A DNA stretch of 64,000 bases, taken from Oikopleura dioica (Eukaryota; Animalia; Chordata). Both the position numbers and the translations under genes were made by a program. The DNA lies in the NCBI GenBank assembly GCA_907165135.1, contig OU015569.1, positions 2,294,001-2,358,000 on the forward strand, given 5' to 3'. Shown here piece after piece: positions 23,797-35,400 of this stretch (its first letter is position 1; each line of letters begins with the position of its first letter). The notes beneath the pieces are model-generated. The model did not search any database. It was not told the DNA's origin and saw nothing but the letters and a program-made list of their open reading frames with translations.

Positions 23797-24645
23797 GGCT
23801 GCTCCCGCATTTCCCAAAATCCTGGATTTCCCAAATCCTGGATTTCTCAAAATCCTGAATTTCTCAAATCGCCAAATCAGGATTCTGCCGATTCTGGATT
23901 TTGGGAAATGCAGGATTTTTTTTCTTTTGAATAAGTTTTCTTGCTTGGTTTAAAAATCCAACCCAGATTCTTCTGAGTCAGAATCTTCTGACATAAAATC
24001 GGGTAATAATTTGGGCCTGTCCTGTGTACCTGTGTAAAATTGGGGGAAAAAAATTCTTTTGCTGTCCCTGTTTCTGTCTTAAACAGGCCTTTGTTTCCCG
24101 CTCAGGTCTTGACCATAGACAGGTTCCTGTGTAACAAGGTCAGGAACTGCATAAGTCAGGGAAAATATTAAAAGAAATCAATAGCGAAAGACGTCAAAAA
24201 GAGTTCAACAATCAAAATATGTGATAAATTCGCGTCTTTTTGTTTCTTTGTAATATTTTTTCTCAGAAATATCCTGTTTTTTGTCCTGTCACAGGGCCTG
24301 TTTCCAGTTTTCTGACCTGCTCAGACCTGTTCATGCAGGCCCTGACCTGTGTAACCTGTTGGATGAGCTGTGTAAAAAAACCTGTCCGAGTACCTGTCTA
24401 AAATCAGGATATTTTTACTTCCTGACCTGTGTACCTGTCTAAAATATGGGGCAGAATTTGTTTTCCTGTTCCTGTGTCTGTTCCTGACACAGTTTGACAC
24501 ACTTCTAAAAATCCTGCTTTTCCCAATCCTGCATTTCCCAAAATCCAGAATCGGCAGAATCCTGATTTGGCGATTTGAGAAATTCAGGATTTTGAGAAAT
24601 CCAGGATTTGGGAAATCCAGGATTTTGGGAAATGCGGGAGTAGCC
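23797..24645. mobile_element. Non-autonomous DNA transposon (MITE), Mutator/Foldback-like
   Basis: TIRs 23797-23917 and 24525-24645 (121 bp, one mismatch, GGCT..AGCC ends). Identical 9-bp flanks TGTAAATTT at 23788-23796 and 24646-24654. No transposase ORF inside. Confidence 0.92.
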
Positions 24646-25039
24646 TGTAAATTTTCAGTAAACTAAAATTCTAAATTTCAAGCCGAAGTCTGAAAATGGC
24701 CAGAAAGAAAATGATGCAGAAGTTTGTGATCTCAGAGAAATGGACCGATTCAGAGGTTCTCAATAAATTCAACCTTTTATTTCTCAATTTTATTCTTTAA
24801 TTTATTTTAGGCCCTAAAAGTTTGATGAACTGATTTTAGAGGGCCGAGAATAATCTTTTATTATTTTCACTTTCTGTCAATTAACGAGAGCGTTTTACGA
24901 GTCTCTCGATGCAGATCCATGCATGTCCATCTTACTTTTGCGACTTGTCCAAAATTATCGCTTTTAGTATTTGTGTCACGTTATTATGAAAACGAACAGC
25001 CGCGGCATTTTAAAATTTTTAGTAGAGAACTTTTGAAAA

Positions 25040-25654
25040 ATGATGGCTTTAAAAATCCGCGCCAGAATCATTCTTGACGGGCTAAGCCAAATCATTGAAT
25101 TCTTGCGTGCGAATAGGCCGAGCTTAGACGATAATGTCTATCAGACATGCGAGGTAGTATCTCAATGGGATTCCGCCCTTTTTTAGAACTAAGGCTTTAC
25201 GCTCTAAAAAGCGCAATTTTACGGGAGAGCAAAGGCTCATCAGAGCAATTATCTTTATACTGATCGAAAATTACTTTTTGGCAGAATCGATGAATTAATG
25301 ACTCAGTAAATAAAGGTGGGGAGGGCCAAATAACAGCTATTATCTCACCGGTGCCCCTTCGGCAGCTGAGCCCTTTTTCTCTTTGCGCTCGATTAGCCGC
25401 AAAAGAACATCTTTTCGAACTTGAATTCATCTTTTTCTTTAAAGGAGGAGGACGAGAAGGATCGCAAGAAAAAGAAGAAAAGGGATGACAAGTTCTGGAA
25501 GCGCAAGAAGGAGAAATATTTCGACCTAAGCGACGATAAACGCGCAGTGAAGACGGAGAACGAACGCGCTGGTGGATTTTCATCCACCCCGGCCAGTCCA
25601 ATGTCACCTGTCATCCTTTTCCCAGGCATGTTGTTAGAATATCCACGATCATAA
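25040..25654 (+). CDS. Hypothetical exons (Lys/Glu-rich); may be 5' exons of the downstream formin or a separate small gene
   Basis: MMALKIRARIILDG..QTCE ends at a GTAG donor and splices in phase 0 to EEDEKDRKKKKKRDDKFW. 3' continuation unresolved. Confidence 0.4.
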
Positions 25655-26229
25655 AATTGCCGTGGCTGATTTTCGCTCACAGTTGAACAACTAAACCTAT
25701 TATCATCAAAATCATTCATTTTTTCAGGCGAATTATGATCTATCCAACAGAATTGCTATAAAAATAAGTCATTTCGTTTCTCAGAATTATTTTTTTTTGC
25801 TAAAAATAAAGAAGTTCAAAAAACTTGGATCGAGCCGGTTTCCTCATTCGATTACTGAGGTCGGGAACTCGAGTCAAGAAACCTATGGCCGGCGTAAGGT
25901 TTTTTCCTGATGTTTTTCTCATTATCAGTTCGTCCTCCTACAGTCGGGACTGTTAGGCCGCAGCCGTGAACTATGATAGGCTGACTTTGTGGATCAGCGC
26001 AACTAACCGAGTAAGCGTTGCTTCAGTTCTGGCTCCTTTTCGAGACATCAACGAGATACCTCACCCTTCAAGCGGCATTTTTTGGGGTCATTTTTATCTG
26101 GAAGAGCCCGAGCAATGCCCCGCTCTTAGGCTTTAGTAAACTTCGCTGAGATTTTTTGGAAGGCGACTGTGTTCTCGGGACTCGACCCCGCGCCCGTGCA
26201 CTTGGCGGAGATCACCGGCACTGCAACTT

Positions 26230-26273
26230 GCGCCACAGTGTCCCGGCTGTGGCGCTCCCTTTTTCGGCTCTAG
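26230..26273 (+). mobile_element. Possible Helitron-like 3' terminus (GC hairpin plus CTAG|T)
   Basis: Perfect 9-bp stem GCGCCACAG/CTGTGGCGC (26230-26255), then 14 nt, then CTAG (26270-26273) followed by T. Confidence 0.3.
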
Positions 26274-26937
26274 TGCGGTTTTAGCGATGCAAATCGCGAT
26301 AGTCGTTGTTGATTGCAGATTGCGAGTAACATGATGATAGAAATTCTTGTCGAGCGACGAAATCAAGATAATAAAAAGCAACGTAATACAGTCGAGTTTA
26401 CTTTACGTATTTGACAAGTTAAGACACTTCCAGCTCATGTTTGGGGTGACGTGTCGGCTTTATTATTAGGGGAAGTAGCTGCGGGCGCGTTTTTGATGAA
26501 GATGTTTGGGCACACAAATTTCCTAGCACATTCAGTAAAGAAACTTAAACTCCATTGTCGCCCGTGTTGACTGCATGAATGAGAAAACTCAATGCCGAGT
26601 CGTTTTTCTGACTGAGCACGTCTCCTCCCAATTTCATTAATTTTTCATTTTTACGCTTTGCGAGAGGCTAAATTTCAGACGAGGTAAATTATTAAAAAGC
26701 GAATAACTATGTTTGTTAAATGAGATGCGATTTATCACAGTGTTGACAAATTAAACCGGACAGGCGGGCCGGGACGGAACAAGACATGTCAATTTCGCCC
26801 CTCAATTACCAATTAGCAAAGTAGGATAAAACACCTCATTTCTTTTATTTGTTTGTCTCATTAACTCATCATTAGTTAAAGTCTGTAATAATTTTGATGA
26901 GTTTTTTTATATAAATCATTAGTCTAACAATTAAAAG

Positions 26938-29900
26938 ACCGAACAGAAGAGCATCTGGAGCGACTGAGCGAAAGCGACATTCAGGTAGCGGGTGAGATTT
27001 CAGTTCACCGTAATTAACGGTCCATAAGTTAGTTAACTTATCGAAAGCGTAATAAATGAGTATTATTTTCCACCCGCTGAGCAGGCTCTCAAGGCGGCAG
27101 AAAACGAAAAATTCTCAAGCTCGGTGGCAGAAGAACTCTCCGGAGTGCGCGTTGACATTGATAGAAAAATTGAAACGTACGAGAATCTGACTCCAGCTGA
27201 GCTGCGAAATGCAGAGTTCCAGGCGAGCAGGCTGAGGAAGAAAGGTAATTATTCTGAACTGAAGAATGAAAGAAATAATTTAAATTCCTCAGCTTTTTTG
27301 GATGAAATTACATCTAGGCTTTTCGGGGCTTTGGCTTCTGGCCAGAACTCTGAAATTTTTTTAATCCGCTTTAAAAATGAAATTGTTCAGAGAGCTTTTT
27401 GGCTCAGAGTCAGATGATCCACCGGATCAAATCTCAACTGGGCAGAATTTCCAAAGAAGCCAAGATTGAAGATGAGCTGCCGCTTGAGCCACCGGAAGAA
27501 AACGCGAAGCTCTTGCGCTGGGTTGAGCAGTTCATCCCTTCGGAACATAAAGCGCACGTGAGCGCGCGACTCAAGCACCTGCTGCTCGAGAAAAACGCAG
27601 CTGAGTGTATTTGGGAGTCGACAGAAGCCAGCTCCGGGCACGTGGTTGTACAGCGCGATGTTCGCCAGAAGCGCAGAGGTGAGCTCAACAAACAAACGGT
27701 CCCTATCTTAATTCATCGCCGCCCTTATCACTTATTTCCAAGAAAGCCTTTTCTTTTTCGATGAAATTTTAAAAGTTATGGTGCCCAAGTTAGAGGCGGA
27801 CATACCATTCTATCTGCTACTGTTTGACGAGAATATTATTCTAGAGCAAGAGGCGAAGAGCTTCTCAATCATTACTGAGCGACGGCTGGACGGAGAAGCC
27901 TTTGAAATAGAGACAGATAGCGGTGAATTAGAGTTGCCAACGAAGAGCAACGGTGCGGCTCAAGAATGCGCAGCATACGTGCTAGGATCTCTCCTAGAGG
28001 GCTCGATGAACTTGGTAAAAGGAAACGGGTTAACGAACTTAAAACAAAAAAGCTCTAAGTAAAATAACAAACGAAATTTTTGTTTAAAAGGAAAAGAAAG
28101 TTAGCTAATGATTTCCAAAGTCGAGGGATTAAATAATTTCCGCGCCAATAAAAAAAGAAAATACTTGATGGGTGCGAATCGGATGTCCGACAGTTGGCCT
28201 CGCTCCAGTCTTTTGAGCAGTCAGAGATCAATCAATTCATACCTCTTTAAGGCCTGTTCCGGCCCTCGTTTACGATCCTCCCCAAATAGCGCCGAATACA
28301 CAAGAGCGTGCTTTCTCAATTTCGATAAGGCGAATTTTTTGACGTTTTTGAGCGAGCGCCAGATGGCGCCGAAAGAGCCACACAACAGAAACTTCAGTGG
28401 CCAAAAATATGACAGACAAGTTTATTGCAAGTCTAAAGTAAGTATCGTATGCTCTAACCCGAGGAAAGAAAAAGAGAGACTCAACGAAGAAGCGCTAGAA
28501 AAAGAATCAGAAGAAATTGGTATGTTAAAAAAATATGAAAACTTCTATCTCACAAATCTCGCCTTTATTTTTTAAACATTCAAATCTAGCGAGCAATCTT
28601 TTGGCGAATCTTCTCAATTCTGCGATCAAGGATACGAAAAAAGAGCGCCTGCATCAGGAAGCATCTGAAATATCAGCATCTATTCTTGAATCAATCGTGG
28701 ACAATGTACCACATGCGAGCTCGGAGAAGACGATAAACGGACTCGTGGACGAGATCGTCAATCTCGCTGTAGACAAGGCGAGAAACGCGGCTTTTTGTCG
28801 GCGGATCTTGGACGACGTGGTCGATCAGCTTCAGTATACAAAACTCAACGAGATTGGAATACAGTGCCATCTCCCTAGCCCAACAATGAGCCCTAAATTG
28901 CCGAGAAAAGAGAAGAGCTTTTGTTTAACTGCTTCAAGAACATCACCGCCGCCATTGCCACCAAAACCTAATTCGTTACCTCAAGGACCAACTCCTCCTC
29001 TTCCTCCTAAAACTTCCAGTAATCCAGCACCACCTCCTCCCCCTCCACCGGCACCTCCAGCTCCATTCCAGAACGCCGGAGGTCCTCCTCCACCCCCTCC
29101 ACCTCCAGGATGTACCCCTGGAGGCCCTCCTCCACCACCTAGTTGTGTGCCAGGTGGTCCTCCGCCGCCTCCACCAGCTCCTGGATGCATACCAGGGGGG
29201 CCTCCTCCTCCCCCACCCGGACCATCAGGTCCCGGTGGTCCTCCTCCACCACCTCCTCCTCCTGGATGTGTTCCTGGAGGGCCACCTCCGCCACCATGTC
29301 CACCTGGAGCTGCTGGTGGACCGCCGCCCCCTCCTCCTGCTCCTGGAATGGCAGGACCTCCAGGTGGACCGCCTCCACCTCCAGGAGCTCCGGGAATGCC
29401 TCCTATGATGGGTATGGCACCAGTTGCTCAAGCTGGTCCAAGAAAACCAACTCTTCAGCCGAAGCAACGAATGAAGCCTCTTTATTGGAATCGGCTGCAA
29501 GTGCACGAGTTACAGAAAAGGCGAATAGATCCATCGACTCTTCTTTGGGATAAACTTCAAGAAGTCGAACTTATCCAAGAGAGTGTGCTCGAGGCCGAGT
29601 TCAGCCAGTCGGCAAATATAGTAAAGCCAAAAGCGAAAAAGGTCGAAAAACCAAAGAAAATTCAACCAGTGAAGCTTTTGGATCCAAAACGGTGGCAGTC
29701 CGTTGGCATTTTTATGTCATCTTTGAAAGTGGACGTTGATTCTTTGAGAAGTGCACTTGTCAGCATGGATACGAAATGCGACATGGATCTCCTGCGCGGT
29801 GTTTATGAGCTCAGGGGAAGCAAAGAAGAACTCACCGAGATCAAAAGCTATCTGAAGGGACAAGAAGAGTTACCTGAAGAGAAGCGCGTCCCCGTTGACA

Positions 29901-31060
29901 AGCCCGAGACATTTCTGCTCAAACTTGATGCGATTCCTCAATTCGACACACGTGTTGCTTGCTTTATTTTCCACGAAACATTCATGGAGAATACGGAGGC
30001 TGTTGACTCTAAACTTATCATGCTCAATGACTTGGTGAAAATATTCAGAACAGGTGAAGAGATCCGCCGCATACTTGGCATGGTGCTCAGGATAGGCAAT
30101 TATCTCAATGGAGGCAACCGCACGAGGTAAATCGAAAAAGATAATAAAATATAAACCTTAGCCACATTGGCCCGTGAATTACAAAAATAATTTAGGGGAC
30201 AAGCAGACGGCTTCAAATTAGACGTTCTGCAGAAAATCCGCGATGTTAAAATGAACAACGGAGGAACTATGTTGACTTTCATTGTACGCCAATACATCAC
30301 TGTGTTCCAAGACGACTATCTTGAAACTGCGACTTGTCCTGTGCCGAATATCACCAAAATTCTCAAAGTCTCTCAGCTAGAATTCGACCAATTCACGCGT
30401 GATACTACCAAATTGCTTCGAGACCATAAGAAATGCTCTGATATGCTGGCCACTGTGGAATTAGAAGCATCCGAGGATGACAAGGAACCATTTTACTCGT
30501 CGACGAAAAAGTAGGTCATCCATGATTTCTCACAAGATCCGATTCGATCAGATCCTTTCATTTATGATATTTTAAGAAAACTTGAAACTGCCCGGACGAA
30601 AATAGATTCACTCGGTCTCGACATAACAAAAGCTCGCAAGAATTTCCGGGCACTCATGGATTTCTACGCTGTCCAGCCAAAGAAACCAAATGTCGACCCA
30701 GAGCCGAAAGAATTCTTCGATCTATGGACTTCGTTTTGTGCTGAATTCAAGGTGAGAATTAGAAATTAAAAGAACGAGTAATAATTTGTTAGGATATTTG
30801 GGAGCGCGAGATAAAATTGGCGATGAAGCGCAAAAAACAAGCGGAGGTGAAGAAAGCTCAAGAACGAGTTGAATTCATCAGGTAAATCTTGGTGTAAAAA
30901 CCCAAAACTATCAAGAAAATTAAGGAGGCAACAAAACTCGGACCGAAAATCGCTCAATTCCAACTCTTCGCCAAAAACTGGCGACAAACCAACAAGTCGC
31001 AAGAGCGGACTAAAGTCCCGTCTTCGTGAATCCCGAACAATGGACTCGATCCCCACCTAA
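26938..31060 (+). CDS. FMN: Formin of the FMN/Cappuccino subfamily (FH1, FH2, FSI tail); 5' end uncertain
   Basis: Poly-Pro FH1, then RKPTLQPKQRMKPLYWNRL, KLLDPKRWQSVGIFMSSL, DKPETFL, GNYLNGGNRTRGQADGF, and a C-terminal SGLKSRL resembling the FMN/Capu Spire-interaction motif. Confidence 0.9.
29020..29400 (+). repeat. FH1 coding tandem repeat (GG-P5-8-[A/P]PG-C[T/V/I]P units)
   Basis: About nine poly-Pro blocks separated by short GG/GC linkers, visible in DNA as CCT/CCA/CCG runs with GGA/GGT. Confidence 0.85.
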
Positions 31061-31334
31061 GCAGCAAAAACTAAAAAAACACACTATGAACACATTCCAA
31101 TGTTTACCTATTCTTGGGACATGCTACTGTCTAGATGTTCTATTTTGACCAAGAAGCCAACTTGACCAATCTACTTTACTTTCCCCAGACCCTTACATTT
31201 CTTTTGAAAATTCTACTTAATAAACGGATATTATCGCTCACTCTCTTTGTATTTATTGATAAGAGGAAAAATATCGTAAGTATATTATGCAGAAAATTAT
31301 TTTTGTGTTTATTGAAAATCTTGAAGTCTGATGC

Positions 31335-32104
31335 TTAAAAGCTGTCCTCGGAAGTATCGTGTTCGTTTCCAAATAATTCACATTCAATATCTCTACGGAA
31401 ATCGAAACCATATTTTTTCTTCGTGCATCTCAGATGCAGTATCTTGGTAAACGTCTTTCCATTCCTGTCGTAATGCTCATCGTAACGGCCAGACTCCGTA
31501 TTTGAAGAAATGCTGTCTTCCATGATTTCAACGTCGAGGTCTTTTTCGTCGAAATGCCTTGAAATTTGTTTGGCCAAAGATTTGCAGGGGAAATTACCCG
31601 CTGCCAAATGTGCCGTTGGAGGAATGTTCTACTTCTGATTGATCACTCATTGACTGGTAATCGCTCCCCATGATTTCATCAAGTTCGTCGGAATTAACTA
31701 ATTTTACAAAATGCGATTTTACGATGCATAAACTTACAAGAGGAAACAGAGCGCGAGTCAGTTCTGCTGTTCAGAAGGCTATTTTGCCCATAAAATATTC
31801 TTGGAAAAATTATCAGATAAGAGTCAAATCTCCCCTCTTACTGTTCATTTATGAAATAGTTTCGGGGGTTGGCCATGAATGATGTTCGTCTTTCCCGAAT
31901 AGCAGATGATAAAGTTCTTCTTCTACTCCTAAAAAACCGCAATGAGTCACGGCTTCAGTTTTATTTCTCGAAGCCGCAAGTAGGTTCTCGATTTTAATGA
32001 GGAGAAATTTGTAATCACCTAAGGCGATACTTCGGTGTTCCGAATGTCAAGTTTTTCCTTATCTTTCTCAAAAACAGAAACAAGCAGCATTCATCTGATT
32101 TCAT
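31335..32104 (-). CDS. Hypothetical ~185-aa protein, 5 exons
   Basis: Four GT-AG introns give phase-consistent joins from MKSDECC through RSRRRTLSS and FNSDELDEIM to HDTSEDSF-stop. No motif recognised; start uncertain. Confidence 0.5.
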
Positions 32105-32403
32105 GCGTGATATAGATTCGATTCTGTTTTATAGTTGGAATGAGCTGAACCGTTTATACATAATGTATGTAGCAATTTGCTGGAGTATTAATGCTTCGAC
32201 CTATCGGATAAGATCGGATTTAAAGCCATTTCTGGGCTTGCCAAATGGCAATCTTGAGATACAACAATCGCAGAAAATAGCTCGACAGATTGCAATCCAC
32301 CAAAGGAACAACAAAATGACGGCAATATCTGTGGGGTAGTTTTTATTAAAATAGTTTAGCAGTGATTGTGATAGGCAATAATAAATAGGAGTCGGGTGAA
32401 AGA

Positions 32404-35400
32404 TTATTTTTTCTTTTTCTGAGGTACATTAAGCATTACGAGTGGATCTTTTTTGATGGTGGAGGCGCTCTTCAATGCACGGGCGTGAGTTTTCACCTTT
32501 TTCTCGTATTCTTTCACCAAGTCAGGACAATTTTGCAGATTTTTGACCTCTTCCCATGTATTTTCGGACGAGTTGTAGCCGACCCATTTGACTTCGTACT
32601 CCACTTTTCCCAGTCGTACTCGTTTATTCAGTATTTTCTACATTCAATTACTTTTTTTCAGAGCACACGATTTCAAGTTACCTCGACTTCATACTCATCG
32701 GGTTCTCGCTTTGTTTTTACATAGATCTTTTCCTTCTTAGTTTTCTCTTTCTTTGAGGACTCGATTCCCACTCTCTCTTTCTTTGCCTTATCCGCTTTTG
32801 AACTATCCTCTTTGGAATTCTTCGATCCCTTTTTAATATGTTTGCGATTCTGAGCTTTCCATGTAGAGGCAAATTCCGAGCTAGACGTCTCTTTCTTCCC
32901 TGATCTTTTCCGTGTGACTTTCACCTTTTCAATAACTTCCACTTTTACTGCTTGCTTATCTGTAGTAGTTTTGTCTGCAGATGGATGCTCATTTTCTAAT
33001 CCATCTTCAGCGCAATCAAGAACAGACTTTTGCTGGATGGGTTGAGCATGAGTAGATTCTGAAATATAAGTATGACTCATTGCTTCATTCTTAGTTCTCC
33101 CTTACCAGATGGATGTTCGTTTGCTTCAGTATCTACTGGTTGATCTGGACGCAGAGAGACAGATCCAAAAGAATATGTGATTGGGGAAGGTGCAGGTGAA
33201 TCGTCTTCATCAATAGATCTCGGGCGGAGTCGTGGGAACGACCTACTTGAGCTCCAACTATCGTCGCTCTCTGAGTGAGGTTTTGGTGGTTCTTTGAGGG
33301 GCGGCTGTGCGGGTAGCTTTTGGTGCTGAGAAGTTGATGATGTTACACTCGTCGCTTCTTGAAAAAGGCTTGTTGTTGCTATTAATGGTGTGTTCCTTGG
33401 AGTGTCCTCTTTAGGCTAAAACAATTGGAGTTTAGCGGTCTTTAATTATTGGAATCTACCTCCAGACTGCTGCTAACAGATGGCTGAAGAGTATCTTCAA
33501 AGTTGATTATATCAGCATTCAAATAATCATTATTCCAGAGCGTCGATCTGAGATCCTTTTGAGGTGACGGAAAGAGACGATTGTCGTTGAGGTTCGGCGT
33601 GGATTCAGAGGTTTGTACTACGGTTGAGGGGGCGTCGTTAACTCTGGCTCCTTTTGAGAATTGTGGGGGCTGATCAGCTTCAGAAGGAGTATTCTCTTCT
33701 AGAGTGCTGGTAAGATCGTTTCCAGAAATATCAGCATCGAAAAATTCAAGTTCATCCAATACTGGCATCGAATCTTCATTGAAATCATTATTTTCAGATT
33801 CTGCAATCGGAGCTTCGCATTCGAGTCCTCCTTCCGTTGCGACTTCAGATTCTCTCAATGTGTCCTAAAATAAAATTAAGCACGAGATCTTTTCTGGCCT
33901 CTCTGCACCTTTGTCAAAAAGTTCTCGCTTATTATTTTGTCGACAATATTTGCAGCATTGTCGCGAGCTTTAGATGTTTTCTCATTCTTATCGGTGTTAT
34001 CCTTTTCTTCGTTGATTTTGTTGTCTGTAGAGAACGACGTATTGGTAAAGATATTTGAAGAATCTGAACAAGATGGGGCAGAGAAAATTCCAAAGGGATC
34101 GGCATCACATTCAGGTTCAGGAGAAGACTTTGCTTTTTGCTTTTGTATTTCTGCTTTAGCACCATCCTCTTTCCAACTAGGACGAGATTCAATATCACAG
34201 GCTGGTCGCGAAATTGGAGGCTCAACAGAAACACTTCGTGCCCACTTACTGGATCTCTCAGGAGAGTGTCTCGGTATTACCCAACCACAGTCTGTTTCCG
34301 GCGGAGGGTTTACCTTTTGCTTTTGTATTTCTGTTTCGGTATGAATGCTTGGGAGTTTCGCCTGGTCGAGCTCTTGTTGATCCTCCAACGCTTCAGGATC
34401 CACTGACTTTTTGCGTTTGAGGATGCTTCTAGGAACCTTCACTTCTCTCACTCGCGATGATTGGTCTTTCCCTTCGATATGAGTTGATATGTTTGTCTCG
34501 TCAGATGCTTTCGCCTTTACCTCGTTCGAGTTTCGAGCTATCTTCAGTTGAGTTTCGGATATTTTCTTTTCGCTCTTCTCTTTCTCTCTTCTCCGTTGCG
34601 GCTCCGCTCTTGGGTCTTTAGGAGTGGTGTTCTTTGATGGTGATTCACCTGTCAGGTTCTTCTCTGGCCAAGTATGTGGTGCAGATTCAACCGATTTAGA
34701 TTCAGCTTCCACATCGTTTTTCTCCAGAGAATTCGAAATTTCGCTCTTTTCGAAATTATTCGTGTTTTGGACCAAATCGACAGGATGAGGAATTACACAC
34801 TTCCCAAAATTTTTATCCTGAGACTTTTCAATCTCCCTGCGCCACTGAGCGTTTTTTCTTGGATCTTTAGGAACTGTTTTCTTTATGGTAAGCTTCAGCT
34901 GTTTCAGAGCCTGATAAGACTGTTTTCTTTCCATTGCTTGTGCCTCTAATTCCGTACGTTCCTTTGCCTCCTTTTCTTTTTGCAACCGAGCTCGGATTCT
35001 CGGATCCCGTAAATTAATTTGCGAAGAGATCATTTTTTCTTCTAGCATTGAATCTATTTCTTGATTTTCCTGCTCAATTTGCGCCGCCTTCTCAGTCTGT
35101 AAACGCTGCGCGATTCTGGGATCTTTGAGAATGCTTTCATTTCCTTTTTCTTTCTTTTGTATTTCTGTTTTAGCATCAGGACTTTCATTATTCGCCTGTT
35201 CTTGCTTCTTTCGTTTGATCAGCTCTTCAACGTGGTTCAATCTCGCCTCAAGTTTTGTTCGTCGGGCTGTTCGTTTTAGATGCAAGCGCTCTTCTAGCGT
35301 TGACTTCGTAGGCAAAGTCGATTCTTTGCTAACTGGCTCATCCTTGTTCTTGACTCGTGTCCGCGTATCAATATCTCGAGGGTGCTTTTCTTTCTTGTCA

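Noticed and set aside
23797-23917. Short quasi-palindromic repeats that superficially resemble a CRISPR array
   Set aside because: No unique spacers, no cas genes, eukaryotic context; they are TIR subrepeats.
28981-29553. Several Gly/Glu/Ser-rich ORFs on the minus strand
   Set aside because: Antisense shadows of the formin poly-proline repeat.
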